64,000 bases of DNA, from positions 40,950 to 104,949 of the forward strand of contig CAYUPI010000002.1 in NCBI GenBank assembly GCA_964446585.1, read 5' to 3'. Of this stretch, positions 48,140-57,877 are shown piece after piece (positions within the stretch are counted from its first letter, which is position 1; each line of letters starts with the position of its first letter). Both the position numbers and the translations under genes were made by a program. The stretch comes from an uncultured Verrucomicrobiota bacterium. Lineage in GTDB: Bacteria > Verrucomicrobiota > Verrucomicrobiia > Limisphaerales > UBA8199. The notes below the pieces were generated by a model. It was not told where the DNA came from. It saw only the letters and a list, made by a program, of their open reading frames with translations, and ran no database searches.

Positions 48140-48245
48140 GGCCGCAGTTGGTTAATCGTTTGCAGAGCATTTGTGCCAGCGGCTTTGGCCGTCAAGAGCA
48201 ATCTCGACAATTCAAGCTTGCGCGCGGGCTCCGGTTCAGTTTGCA

Positions 48246-48908
48246 ATGCCGGTCTTGAAGAGAACCAAACCGGAAATCCATTCGCTGCTGCTCCGGCCGG
48301 GCATTATCGCCATCGTGCGAGCACAGCAATTGACACAGGTTGTGCCCATGGTCGAAGCACTGGTCGTCGGCGGCATCGTTGCCACCGAAATCACGATGAC
48401 CACTCCGAATGCGCTGGCCGCAATCCGCGGAGCGCGCGAGAAAATCGGCAACCGCTCTCTAATCGGTGTTGGCAGCGTCCTCGACGCGGAGACTTGCCGC
48501 GCAGCCCTGGACGCCGGAGCTGAGTTCATCGTGACGCCCGTCTGCAAAGTCGACTTGGTTCCGATTGCACACGCCGCCGACCGGTCGATCATGCTCGGTG
48601 CTTACACCCCCTCCGAGGCACAGGCCGCGCACGAAGCGGGCGCCGACTTCGTTAAAATCTTCCCCGCCGACACGCTGGGACCGGCCTACATCAAAGCCTT
48701 GCGCGCTCCCCTGCCCCACTTGCGGATAGTGCCGACGGGCGGCGTCGATGCGCAAAATGTTGCCGATTTCTTCAAGGCCGGCTGTGCCGCTGTCGGTGTC
48801 GGCTCCGCCCTGGTTTCGGCGCAGATTCTTCAGGATGGAGACTGGTCGGAATTGACGAGGCGTGCGCAGGAATTGGTCAGTGCCGCCTCGCTGGCCCGGC
48901 GGAATTGA
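48246..48908 (+). CDS. eda: KDPG/KHG aldolase
   Basis: GIIAIVRA...[12 protein letters not shown]...FVKIFPA, typical of the Eda family. Confidence 0.75.
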   Translation: MPVLKRTKPEIHSLLLRPGIIAIVRAQQLTQVVPMVEALVVGGIVATEITMTTPNALAAIRGAREKIGNRSLIGVGSVLDAETCRAALDAGAEFIVTPVCKVDLVPIAHAADRSIMLGAYTPSEAQAAHEAGADFVKIFPADTLGPAYIKALRAPLPHLRIVPTGGVDAQNVADFFKAGCAAVGVGSALVSAQILQDGDWSELTRRAQELVSAASLARRN

Positions 48909-48983
48909 GCTGGCTGCGAAGGCACTCGCGTTGTTGAAAAATCAAAATTGAAATTTCGCGCCGCTGCTCTAGGCTTCCCAGCT

Positions 48984-49607
48984 ATGGATTCGTCGAATGC
49001 GCGCGTGCGGCGCGCCACGCTGGATGACCTGACGCCGTTGACCTCGCTCTGGCAGACGATGCACTTCCCGCACGAGGAGCTGGGCAAACGCGTCACGGAA
49101 TTCCAGGTGGCCGAGAGCGCCGACGGCCAACTGCTCGGCGCCGTAGGTCTCCAGCTCGCCGAACGCCATGGCCGCGTCCACAGCGAGGCCTTCTTCGATT
49201 TCGCTCACGCGGACCAGCTCCGGGCTCTGCTCTGGGAGCGGATTCAATCCGTCGCACGCAACCACGGTTTGCTGCGGATCTGGACCCGGGAACATGCTCC
49301 TTTCTGGAACCACTGCGGCCTGCAAAGCGCCGACTCCGAAGCATTGCAGAAATTGCCGGCTGCCTGGCGCGGAGAAACGGCCGATTGGCGGACGCTCAAG
49401 TTGCGGGAAGATCTCGAGACGGTAATGTCGCTCGACAAGGAATTCGCGCTGTTCATGGAATCCGAGAAGCAACGCACGCAACGCGCCTTCTATCAGGCGC
49501 GCGTTTTGAAGCTCATTGCCGTTGTCATCTCTCTGGCCGTTCTGGCCTTAGTGCTAGTCGGCGCATTCCTGATTTTCAAAAAGAACCCGAATCTCCTCAG
49601 GCGTTAA
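48984..49607 (+). CDS. GNAT-like acetyltransferase with C-terminal TM anchor (tentative)
   Basis: Weak GNAT-like core. C-terminal TM LIAVVISLAVLALVLVGAFLIF. Confidence 0.4.
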   Translation: MDSSNARVRRATLDDLTPLTSLWQTMHFPHEELGKRVTEFQVAESADGQLLGAVGLQLAERHGRVHSEAFFDFAHADQLRALLWERIQSVARNHGLLRIWTREHAPFWNHCGLQSADSEALQKLPAAWRGETADWRTLKLREDLETVMSLDKEFALFMESEKQRTQRAFYQARVLKLIAVVISLAVLALVLVGAFLIFKKNPNLLRR

Positions 49608-50500
49608 TAGCCATTTCCGCTCGCCGCAAACTCATCCGCGTGATACGAGCTGCGCACCATCGGCCCGCTCGCGACGTGGATGAAGCCCATCGCTTGGGCC
49701 CTGCTGCCCCATTCGGCAAATTTGTCCGGCGGTATGAATTCCACCACCGGCAGATGTTTCAACGTCGGTTGGAGGTATTGGCCGAGGGTCAGGATATCGC
49801 AGCCCGCCGCGCGCAACTCGGCCAGGGTACTCATCACTTCCGGCTCCGTTTCACCCAGGCCCAGCATCAACCCCGATTTGGTGAATGAGGCGCAGCCCTG
49901 TTTCGCCTTGGCCTTGCGCAGGACGCTCAGCGAACGGTCGTAGGTCGCGCGCGAGCGCACCGCGGGAGTCAGCCGGCGCACCGTTTCCAGGTTGTGATTG
50001 AAAATTTCCGGGCCGGCCTTCAAGACCGTCTCGATGGATTGGTCGCGATCATTGAAGTCGGGTGTGAGCACTTCGATGACAGTTCCCGGGCTCAACTCGC
50101 GGACCGCCTTAATGGTCCGCGCGAAGTGCTCAGCGCCGCCGTCCGCCAGGTCGTCTCGGGCGACGGCAGTAATCACGACGTGCTTCAGCCGCAGCCGATG
50201 CACCGCCACCGCCACGCGCGCCGGCTCATCCGTCTCCAGCGGCAGCGGTCGGGCAGTCGTCACAGCACAGAATCGGCAGGCCCGCGTGCAGCGCTCGCCC
50301 CCGATCATAAACGTCGCCGTCCCGCGGCTCCAGCATTCCCAGTGATTCGGGCAACGGGCACTCTCACAGACGGTGTGCAGTTTCAACTCGTCCAGCAGCG
50401 CGCGGGTGAGGGCGAAACGATCGGAGGTGGGCAAGTGGATCCGCAGCCAGGGCGGCAGCCGCGGCCGAGCCGTGAGATCAGTTGACTTCAAGCCCGGCAT
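49604..50500 (-). CDS. lipA: Lipoyl synthase
   Basis: CxxxCxxC radical-SAM motif CTRACRFCAV and the N-terminal Cys cluster CESARCPNHWEC. Confidence 0.85.
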   Translation of the reverse strand: MPGLKSTDLTARPRLPPWLRIHLPTSDRFALTRALLDELKLHTVCESARCPNHWECWSRGTATFMIGGERCTRACRFCAVTTARPLPLETDEPARVAVAVHRLRLKHVVITAVARDDLADGGAEHFARTIKAVRELSPGTVIEVLTPDFNDRDQSIETVLKAGPEIFNHNLETVRRLTPAVRSRATYDRSLSVLRKAKAKQGCASFTKSGLMLGLGETEPEVMSTLAELRAAGCDILTLGQYLQPTLKHLPVVEFIPPDKFAEWGSRAQAMGFIHVASGPMVRSSYHADEFAASGNGY

Positions 50501-50750
50501 CCCGTCGCTTCTTCCAGAAATTTGCCAATTGGTCCGGACCAAAATCGGCCAGAATCTCGCCCTCGACTTCTATCACAGGAGCCAGGTCCCGTCCGGACAG
50601 CCGAATCATCTCGTCGTAAGCATTCTCATCGGCCATCACATCGATCGTCTCGTAATCCACACCATGCGAATCCAGCCAGCGCATCGCTCGATCACACCAA
50701 CCACAGTAAGGCTTGATAAACAATCGAACACTTTTCGGTTTCACAAGGAT
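50478..50750 (-). CDS. Glutaredoxin-like protein (CGWC active site)
   Basis: LFIKPYCGWCDRAMRWLDSHGVDYETIDV. The true start is probably an internal GTG/ATG inside the ORF-track ORF 50478..50876. Confidence 0.6.
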   Translation of the reverse strand: MLVKPKSVRLFIKPYCGWCDRAMRWLDSHGVDYETIDVMADENAYDEMIRLSGRDLAPVIEVEGEILADFGPDQLANFWKKRRDAGLEVN

Positions 50751-50790
50751 ACAGTGCTGGTGATCGGGCAATTTATCAAATCGCCTTAGG

Positions 50791-51177
50791 TCAAGCGCCG
50801 CCGATCTGCGCTCGATACTGGTCCGCTCCCAGCAATGTCTCCAGTTCAGCCGGATTCGACAGCCGGATTTTGACAAACCAGCCGCCGCCGTACGGTTCGC
50901 GGTTCACTAACGAGGGATCGCTCACAACCGCCTGGTTCAGATCGATGATTTCCCCGCTGACGGGCGAGTAAATATCACTCGCGGTTTTCACCGACTCCAC
51001 CACAGCGCAAGCCTCGCCTGCCTTGACCTTGCGCCCAGGCTCAGGCAGCTCGACAAATACGACGTCAGTCAACTCGTGCTGGGCGTAATCGGTGATGCCC
51101 ATGGTGGCCACGCCGCCGGAGGCCCGCAACCATTCGTGCGATTTCGCGTATTTCAGATCCGCGGGAATTTCTGACAT
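50791..51177 (-). CDS. gcvH: Glycine cleavage system H protein
   Basis: Lipoyl-lysine motif ESVKTASD. Confidence 0.9.
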   Translation of the reverse strand: MSEIPADLKYAKSHEWLRASGGVATMGITDYAQHELTDVVFVELPEPGRKVKAGEACAVVESVKTASDIYSPVSGEIIDLNQAVVSDPSLVNREPYGGGWFVKIRLSNPAELETLLGADQYRAQIGGA

Positions 51178-51208
51178 GAGGTCATTGAGTCACGGAGCAC
51201 ACTCGCGG

Positions 51209-52348
51209 TCAATGAGCTTTTCGATAGATTGGCTTGGGCACGACGGCCGCCAGCGCTCGACGCCCACGGATTTCGATTTCGATTGGCGTCTGCGGCGCCG
51301 CGGACTCCGGCGGCACGTAACCCATCCCGATCCCGATTCCCAACGTGGGACTTTGTGTTCCGCTGGTCACTTCGCCCAGGCGCGCGCCGTTCGGACCTGT
51401 GCTCCAAATCATGTAGTGCGGGCGGGGCGGAGCGGATTTGTCGGTCATCCGAAACGCTGCGAGCCTCTTGCTCACCCCTTTTTCTTTTTGCTCGGCCAGC
51501 ACCGCCCGTCCAACGAAATCACCCTTGTCCAGCGAAACAAAAACCCCGAGGCCCGCTTCCAGTGGCGTTGTGGACTCGTCCAGTTCATGGCCGTAGAGAG
51601 GATAACAGACCTCGGTGCGCAATGTATCGCGCGCGCCCAGGCCCGCCGGCTTGAGTCCGTGCGACCGGCCCAGCTCCAGGATCTTGTTCCAGACCTGTTC
51701 AATCACTGACGCAGGCGCGACGACTTCAAATCCATCCTCCCCGGTGTAGCCCGTGCGCGAGATCCATATGTCGTCGCCACCGAAACTGCTTTTTGCCACC
51801 TGATTTTTCTTAAGGGCGGAGATCCGGTCAACTCGCGTGCCGCCCTGAGACGGCCCGGCGAAGCATTGGTCGATAAATTCAACCACTCGCGGGCCCTGGA
51901 CCGCAACGGCTCCGAATTCGTCGGAAACATTCACCAGCGAAACTTGCCCGACGTTTCCACTCGCTGATAATTGCTTCTGGAGCCAGTCCACATCATCTGC
52001 AATCCGTGAAGCATTGATGATCAGAAGATATTCATCAGCTTCCAGGTGGTATGCGTATAAATCGTCAACAACACCGCCCGCATCCCGGCACATGAGAGTG
52101 TACTGGCCCTGCCCTACCTGCAATTTCCGGATGTTATTCGTGAGTGTGTGATTGAGAAAGCCTTCCGCCCCCGGACCCCGAATCAAAACCTCGCCCATGT
52201 GTGAAATATCGAACAGTCCGGCACCGTTGCGCACGGCCAGATGTTCGTCTGTGATGCTCGTGTACTGAACCGGCATCTCCCAGCCGCCGAACTCGATCAG
52301 CTTGCCGCCCAACTTTTGGTGCGCGGCGAACAGGGGCGTGCGTTTCAC
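51209..52348 (-). CDS. gcvT: Glycine cleavage system T protein (aminomethyltransferase)
   Basis: PLFAAHQKLGGKLIEFGGWEMPVQY...GLFDISHMG. GTG start. Confidence 0.9.
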   Translation of the reverse strand: MKRTPLFAAHQKLGGKLIEFGGWEMPVQYTSITDEHLAVRNGAGLFDISHMGEVLIRGPGAEGFLNHTLTNNIRKLQVGQGQYTLMCRDAGGVVDDLYAYHLEADEYLLIINASRIADDVDWLQKQLSASGNVGQVSLVNVSDEFGAVAVQGPRVVEFIDQCFAGPSQGGTRVDRISALKKNQVAKSSFGGDDIWISRTGYTGEDGFEVVAPASVIEQVWNKILELGRSHGLKPAGLGARDTLRTEVCYPLYGHELDESTTPLEAGLGVFVSLDKGDFVGRAVLAEQKEKGVSKRLAAFRMTDKSAPPRPHYMIWSTGPNGARLGEVTSGTQSPTLGIGIGMGYVPPESAAPQTPIEIEIRGRRALAAVVPKPIYRKAH

Positions 52349-53065
52349 CCGCCCATCCTAACGAGCATTGACAGTCCCATCAAGTCGTCGCCGCGAATCG
52401 ACTATTCGACACCCGCCGGCAATCGCCCGCCGCCATCATCTTCCATTCTACATCCATTCCCCACAGCCAGCCCCGCCGCGCAGAAGCGCAGCCCATGCGT
52501 GCAGCGGCGCCCCCTTTTGAAATCTCAAATGTCAAATCCGGGACCGCGTAGCCGCCATCCATCCACCTTTTGCGATTTGCCAATTTGCTATTCGGCTATC
52601 GGGGGCTCGGTCAGGATATCGGTAACACTTCTGCCATCATTTTAATGCTCAATTCTGTTAATTGTTCTGTTCACTGCCCTCGGTCAATGTCAAATTGGTC
52701 TTGCGGGTGACGTACACCGGCGGCGACGTCCTCCCCGGTACCACCCCCGCTGCCGGCCAAACCCCACTCCCCGACGACCTCGAACAAGCCGCCGTCGAGC
52801 AAGTCGCCTACTGGTTCCGCAGCCGCGACAAGACCGGCCTCCTCCGCTCCTGGCCCAGCGGCGGCACCTAGGAAGCCTTTCTCCAATTCAATCTCCACCC
52901 CGAAGTCCGAGCCGTCCTGAAAAAATATGAACGCTGGAACATGTGACATTCCGCACTCCGCCCTCCGCCCTCCGCATTGCCACACCCCTCGTCAGCACTT
53001 TTTGTTCGCGCAGGCTGGCACCGCCCCTGTATAACTGAGCCGGTCAGTCACGAAGGCTTTTTGCA

Positions 53066-55216
53066 ATGGCCGCAAAACGTAAACACAATCCAAACCAGCC
53101 GGAGTTGCCAATCGGAGGGATTGCACCAGCCATGGGTAATGAAGGCAAACCGACCACCGCCGCGAGGGGCAATGGCGAGTCGAAGCGTCGGACCGCCGGG
53201 AACGGCAAAGGGGCGAGCCACGTTCTGGCCGAGAATATCGCCGTGCCCGCCCATCACGTGTTCAAGCCCGGCAAGATCGACCTGGCATTCCATCGTCGCG
53301 TGGATCGCAGCTTCCTGGATTACGCCTCCTACGTCATCCGCGACCGCGCCATTCCAAACCTGACGGACGGACTGAAGCCCGTGCAGCGGCGCATCCTATG
53401 GGCGCTGCACCGTATTGATGATGGCCGGTTCATGAAAGTGGCTAACGTGGTCGGCGAGACGATGAAGTATCATCCGCACGGTGACGCCTCTATCGGCGAC
53501 GCGCTGGTCGTGCTCGCGAACAAGCGTTACCTCATCGAAGGCCAGGGCAATTTCGGCAACATTTACACCGGCGACGTTCCGGCGGCGCCGCGCTATATCG
53601 AATGCCGGCTCACCGAGTTGGCCCGCACCGAACTCTTCAATGACGAGATCACCGATTTCGTGCCGAGTTATGATGGCCGCAACAAAGAGCCGGTCACCCT
53701 CCCCAGCAAGCTGCCGTTGTTGCTTATGCTGGGCACCGAGGGCATCGCCGTGGGCATGTCCTCGCGCATACTCCCCCACAACTTTCCCGAGTTGCTCGAA
53801 GCTCAGATCGCCATATTGAAAAGGCAGTCCTTCAGGTGCCTGCCGGATTTTCAGACCGGCGGCCTGATGGACGCTCGCGGCTACAAAGACGGCACGGGCG
53901 AGATCAAGGTCCGCGCCAAAATCAAAATCAAAGACGAATCCACAGTTCTCATCACGCAAATTCCCCCTACCACGACGACCGAGTCATTGATGAACTCGAT
54001 CGAAGACGCCTCGCGCAAGGGGAAGATCAAGATTAAGAGCGTGGACGATTTCACTTCCGAGGAGATTGAAATCCAGGTGAAGGCCCCGAGCGGCGTGACC
54101 GCGGAGAAGCTCGTCGATGCTCTCTACGCCTTCACCGATTGTGAGGTGACCATCGCCAGCCGCATTACCGTCATCAAAAACAACCGTCCCATCGAGACGA
54201 CCGTGTCCGAGGTGCTGCGCGAGAACACGGCGCAACTGGTCGAAACGCTCAAGCGTGAACTCGAGCTCAGGGAATCGAAACTTCATGACGAACTCCATCT
54301 TCGAACGCTCGAACGGATTTTCATCGAGGAGCGGATTTACAAGCGAATCGAGCAGTGCAAATCCAACGAAGCGGTGGTCGCGGCAGTGTATGACGGGTTC
54401 AAACCATTCCGCAAACAGCTCGTCCGCGAGCTCACCGATCCGGACGTGGACCGATTGCTCCAGGTCCGGATTCGCCGCATCTCCCTTTTCGACATCCACC
54501 AGCACCGGGAGGAAATGGCTCGGCTCAAAGGGGAATTGTCAGAGACTCGCAAGAATCTGAAGAACCTCACCAAGTACGTGATAAGTCACCTTGAGGCTCT
54601 GCTCGCCAAGTATGGACCTATGTATCCTCGGCTGACCAAATCCTGTCGCTACGATGAAGTGGATGCGAAGGAGGTCGCTTTCAAGGCTTTCAAAGTCTCA
54701 TACGACCGCGACTCCGGTTATGTCGGCCATAAAGTTTCTGGTGGCGAGTTTGCTGTGGAGTGCACGAAGTTCGACAAGGTGATCCTGGTGTTCAAAGATG
54801 GCCATTATCAGGTCGTCGAGCTGCCGGAGAAGCAATTTGTCGGACCGGATCTGGTCTATTGCGGTCTGCCCGACCGCGAACGGATATTCACCCTCGCCTA
54901 CACGAACCGTGAAGCGACCTATTTGAAACGGTTTACCTTTGGCGGAACGATTCTCAACAAGATGTATCACTGTATCCCGCCGAAATCGAGGATCCTGTTC
55001 CTCGAGCCCGACACACCGGCTGAGTTGTACATCAAATACAAACCAGCGCCTTACCAAAAAATCAGCCAACAGACCTGCAACCCGAAGGAAGTGGAAGTCA
55101 AGGGTCCAAAGACCCGCGGCCGCCAGATTTCGACTAAAGACGTCTCGTCGATCAACAGCAAACCCTCGCGCGGCTGGGACCCGGAAGCAGCGACCACCCG
55201 CCTGGAGTTTGCGTAG
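53066..55216 (+). CDS. parC: Type IIA topoisomerase subunit A, short ParC-like form
   Basis: DGLKPVQRRIL and HPHGD...GNFG catalytic-Tyr region. At 716 aa it lacks the long GyrA C-terminal wrap domain. Confidence 0.75.
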   Translation: MAAKRKHNPNQPELPIGGIAPAMGNEGKPTTAARGNGESKRRTAGNGKGASHVLAENIAVPAHHVFKPGKIDLAFHRRVDRSFLDYASYVIRDRAIPNLTDGLKPVQRRILWALHRIDDGRFMKVANVVGETMKYHPHGDASIGDALVVLANKRYLIEGQGNFGNIYTGDVPAAPRYIECRLTELARTELFNDEITDFVPSYDGRNKEPVTLPSKLPLLLMLGTEGIAVGMSSRILPHNFPELLEAQIAILKRQSFRCLPDFQTGGLMDARGYKDGTGEIKVRAKIKIKDESTVLITQIPPTTTTESLMNSIEDASRKGKIKIKSVDDFTSEEIEIQVKAPSGVTAEKLVDALYAFTDCEVTIASRITVIKNNRPIETTVSEVLRENTAQLVETLKRELELRESKLHDELHLRTLERIFIEERIYKRIEQCKSNEAVVAAVYDGFKPFRKQLVRELTDPDVDRLLQVRIRRISLFDIHQHREEMARLKGELSETRKNLKNLTKYVISHLEALLAKYGPMYPRLTKSCRYDEVDAKEVAFKAFKVSYDRDSGYVGHKVSGGEFAVECTKFDKVILVFKDGHYQVVELPEKQFVGPDLVYCGLPDRERIFTLAYTNREATYLKRFTFGGTILNKMYHCIPPKSRILFLEPDTPAELYIKYKPAPYQKISQQTCNPKEVEVKGPKTRGRQISTKDVSSINSKPSRGWDPEAATTRLEFA

Positions 55217-55358
55217 CCCATTTCTCACTCGCTGGTCGCCCGCCATCGCCTCACACGCTTTCGTCGAATATAGGCGATTCGCGATGCGTCCTTATAGCGT
55301 CAATCGGGCTTGTCGCTGACTGTTTCCGCGGCTATGTTTTTCCTGACAATTTATCAAA

Positions 55359-56090
55359 ATGAAAATATTTCACACTCGATCGCAAAAATGGCTGGGGCAC
55401 TTCCTTCCGGCCGGTATCTGCCTCGCCGCCATGGTTTCCTGCTCGCAAGCCGCGGACCCGCCCAAAGAAAAACCGGCGGCGAGTTCGGGCGACATGGTGC
55501 CACTCATGCTGAAGCTGCCGCCGCCGGCGTTTAAGGGGACTCCCAAAGACCTGCAACTCAGCTCGTACGTCGAGCCGCTTTCGGATAAACCTCGCCCGCC
55601 GATGATGGTTCCGGCGGGACTCAAGAATGTCGCTCCCGGCAAAAAGTTGTCCAGCAGCGATAAGAATGCGACCGCCTCGGTCCTGGAAAAAATCAATGAT
55701 GGCGACAAGGAGGCTTCCGATCAGAGCATCATTTTCCTGCGCAAAGGCACTCAATGGGTCCAAATGGATCTGGCCGCACCGCACGAAATTTTTGCCATTG
55801 TCATATGGCACGCTCACAACTCCGCCAAGGTGTATCACGACATTATCGTCCAATTATCCGATGACCCCGATTTCCTCAAAGACGTGAAGAGCCTCTTCAA
55901 TAACGATCAGGACAACAGTTCCGGCCTGGGAGTGGGGACTGACCGTGAATATTTCGAGACGTTTGAAGGCAAGCTGATCAACGCCAAAGGCGCGAAGGGC
56001 CGTTACCTCCGGTTTTATTCCAAAGGCAGTACCGAGAGCGCCCTCAACGAGTACACCGAGATTGAAGTTTACGGCCGGCCTGCTCAGTAA
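55359..56090 (+). CDS. Secreted discoidin/F5-8 type C-like carbohydrate-binding domain protein
   Basis: Signal peptide. C-terminal RYLRFYSKGSTESALNEYTEIEVYG is typical of a galactose-binding-like beta-sandwich. Confidence 0.5.
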   Translation: MKIFHTRSQKWLGHFLPAGICLAAMVSCSQAADPPKEKPAASSGDMVPLMLKLPPPAFKGTPKDLQLSSYVEPLSDKPRPPMMVPAGLKNVAPGKKLSSSDKNATASVLEKINDGDKEASDQSIIFLRKGTQWVQMDLAAPHEIFAIVIWHAHNSAKVYHDIIVQLSDDPDFLKDVKSLFNNDQDNSSGLGVGTDREYFETFEGKLINAKGAKGRYLRFYSKGSTESALNEYTEIEVYGRPAQ

Positions 56091-56152
56091 GTCTTACCAC
56101 GCCAAAAATCAGTCCTCGCCATTCGCCTGAGCCGCGGTTAATCCAGTAACGG

Positions 56153-57715
56153 ATGAACCGATGGCTGATTCTCTCGCTGGTGGTGATTGCCGGCGTAGCG
56201 CTGGCCCTGCGTTATCCCCGGCTCGACGAGCGGCCGATGCACAACGATGAAGCGGTCAATGCCATCAAGTTCGGCCAGCTTTGGGAACAGGGAGAATACA
56301 AGTACGATCCCAACGAGCATCACGGCCCGACACTCTTTTATGCCACGCTGGCCGTGGCCCGTCTGACGAGCTCGCCCGACTTTGAGCACTTGACCGAAAC
56401 CAAACTGCGGCTGATCCCCGTTGTTTTTGGAGTGGGTCTCATCTTACTGTTGCCGTTAATGGGCGACGGTCTCGGTCGTAATGCCGCGATTTGGGCAGCC
56501 ATCTTCACCGCGACCTCGCCCGCGTTCATCTATTACAGCCGCTATTACATCCATGAAATGCTGCTGGTCTTCTTCACTTGTCTCGCGCTGGCCGCCGGAT
56601 GGCGTTATTGGCAAAGCCGAAAGCTGAGTTGGTCTTTGCTGGCTGGAGCGGGACTCGGCATGATGCACGCGACCAAGGAAACGTTCGTCATCACCCTGGC
56701 CGCCGCTGGACTGGCAATTGTTTTGAACCAGATTTGGAACCGATGGCTGGATGCCAGCGTGCCGCCTATACCAGCGCGCGGGCTGAAGGTATGGCACGTC
56801 GCGGCCGCATTCGGAGTCTGGTGCGTTGTGGCGGTAGTCTTGTTCACCTCTTTCTTCGCGAACGCCAGTGGTCCACTCGATTCAGTGCGGACTTATGCGC
56901 CATGGCTGAGCCGCGCCGGCGGTGAGTCGCCACATATTCATTCCTCGTCGTTCTATCTGCAGCGGTTACTCTGGTTTCACAACGCCAAGGGGCCGCTTTG
57001 GACTGAGGCGCTGCTCCTTGCGTTGGGTCTGATTGGAGCGGCGTCGAGTTTTCTGCGCAAAAACCTGGGAAGCACCAGCGCCAGCTTTGGCCGGTTCCTG
57101 GCTCTTTACACATTTCTGCTTACGGCCGCGTATTCGCTGATCGCGTATAAGACACCATGGTGCCTGCTGAGCTTTTGGCACGGGATGATTCTGCTGGCCG
57201 GCCTGGGCGCCGCTGCACTCCTCCGCAGCGCCCGGCATCTCGGAAGCCGGCTGGCTTGGACTGCATTCCTTCTCGTCGGCACTGCCCATCTCGGCTGGCA
57301 AGCCATTCAGGCAGCAATTCCGTTCGCCGCCGATCAGCGCAATCCTTATGTCTATGCTCAAACGTCGCCTGACATTCTGTTATTGGTGCGACAGTTGGGC
57401 TCCCTCGCGGAAGTCCATCCCGAAGGGCACCGAATGTTAGTCAAAGTCATCGCGCCCGAAGCGGACTATTGGCCGTTGCCCTGGTATCTGCGCCGATTCA
57501 AGAACGTGGGGTGGTGGGACCAACTCCCGACCGATCCGTGGGCACCGGTGATGCTGGTTTCTTCGAGATTCCATGCGGCGCTGGATGAGAAGAAAACACA
57601 TCTGATGGTCGGTTACTTCTCTTTGCGGCCGCAAGTTTTCTTCGAGCTCTACGTGCAAGCCGATCTGTGGCGTGCCTATCTGGCAAAGCACCCACCCAAA
57701 CCTCAAGCCGAGTAA
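56153..57715 (+). CDS. GT-C fold glycosyltransferase-like membrane protein (ArnT/PMT-related, TIGR03663-like)
   Basis: Polytopic membrane protein with an early periplasmic-loop DE motif, HNDEAVNAIKFGQ. Confidence 0.55.
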   Translation: MNRWLILSLVVIAGVALALRYPRLDERPMHNDEAVNAIKFGQLWEQGEYKYDPNEHHGPTLFYATLAVARLTSSPDFEHLTETKLRLIPVVFGVGLILLLPLMGDGLGRNAAIWAAIFTATSPAFIYYSRYYIHEMLLVFFTCLALAAGWRYWQSRKLSWSLLAGAGLGMMHATKETFVITLAAAGLAIVLNQIWNRWLDASVPPIPARGLKVWHVAAAFGVWCVVAVVLFTSFFANASGPLDSVRTYAPWLSRAGGESPHIHSSSFYLQRLLWFHNAKGPLWTEALLLALGLIGAASSFLRKNLGSTSASFGRFLALYTFLLTAAYSLIAYKTPWCLLSFWHGMILLAGLGAAALLRSARHLGSRLAWTAFLLVGTAHLGWQAIQAAIPFAADQRNPYVYAQTSPDILLLVRQLGSLAEVHPEGHRMLVKVIAPEADYWPLPWYLRRFKNVGWWDQLPTDPWAPVMLVSSRFHAALDEKKTHLMVGYFSLRPQVFFELYVQADLWRAYLAKHPPKPQAE

Positions 57716-57877
57716 GCAGAACGGTGGATTCTCCGCGGAGGCCGTGGTGCGAGCGATTTCCCGCAACTTACGCCTTGCGTTTTACGCGTCACGCATCACG
57801 CCTCTCGCCACACGCATCGCGTTTCAACGGCCCAAACCCGTTGTTGTCAACTTCGCACGCTCTGCTTAACTACCGCC

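Noticed and set aside
52349-52660. Possible glycine riboswitch in the roughly 300-nt leader upstream of gcvT
   Set aside because: I read the minus-strand leader for the conserved GGAGAG / ACCGAAGGGGCAA / CUCAGGCAAAAGGACAG blocks. Only a weak AAAAGGGGGCGCC fragment is present. No convincing tandem aptamers were found, so a riboswitch is not called. An Rfam RF00504 scan would settle it.
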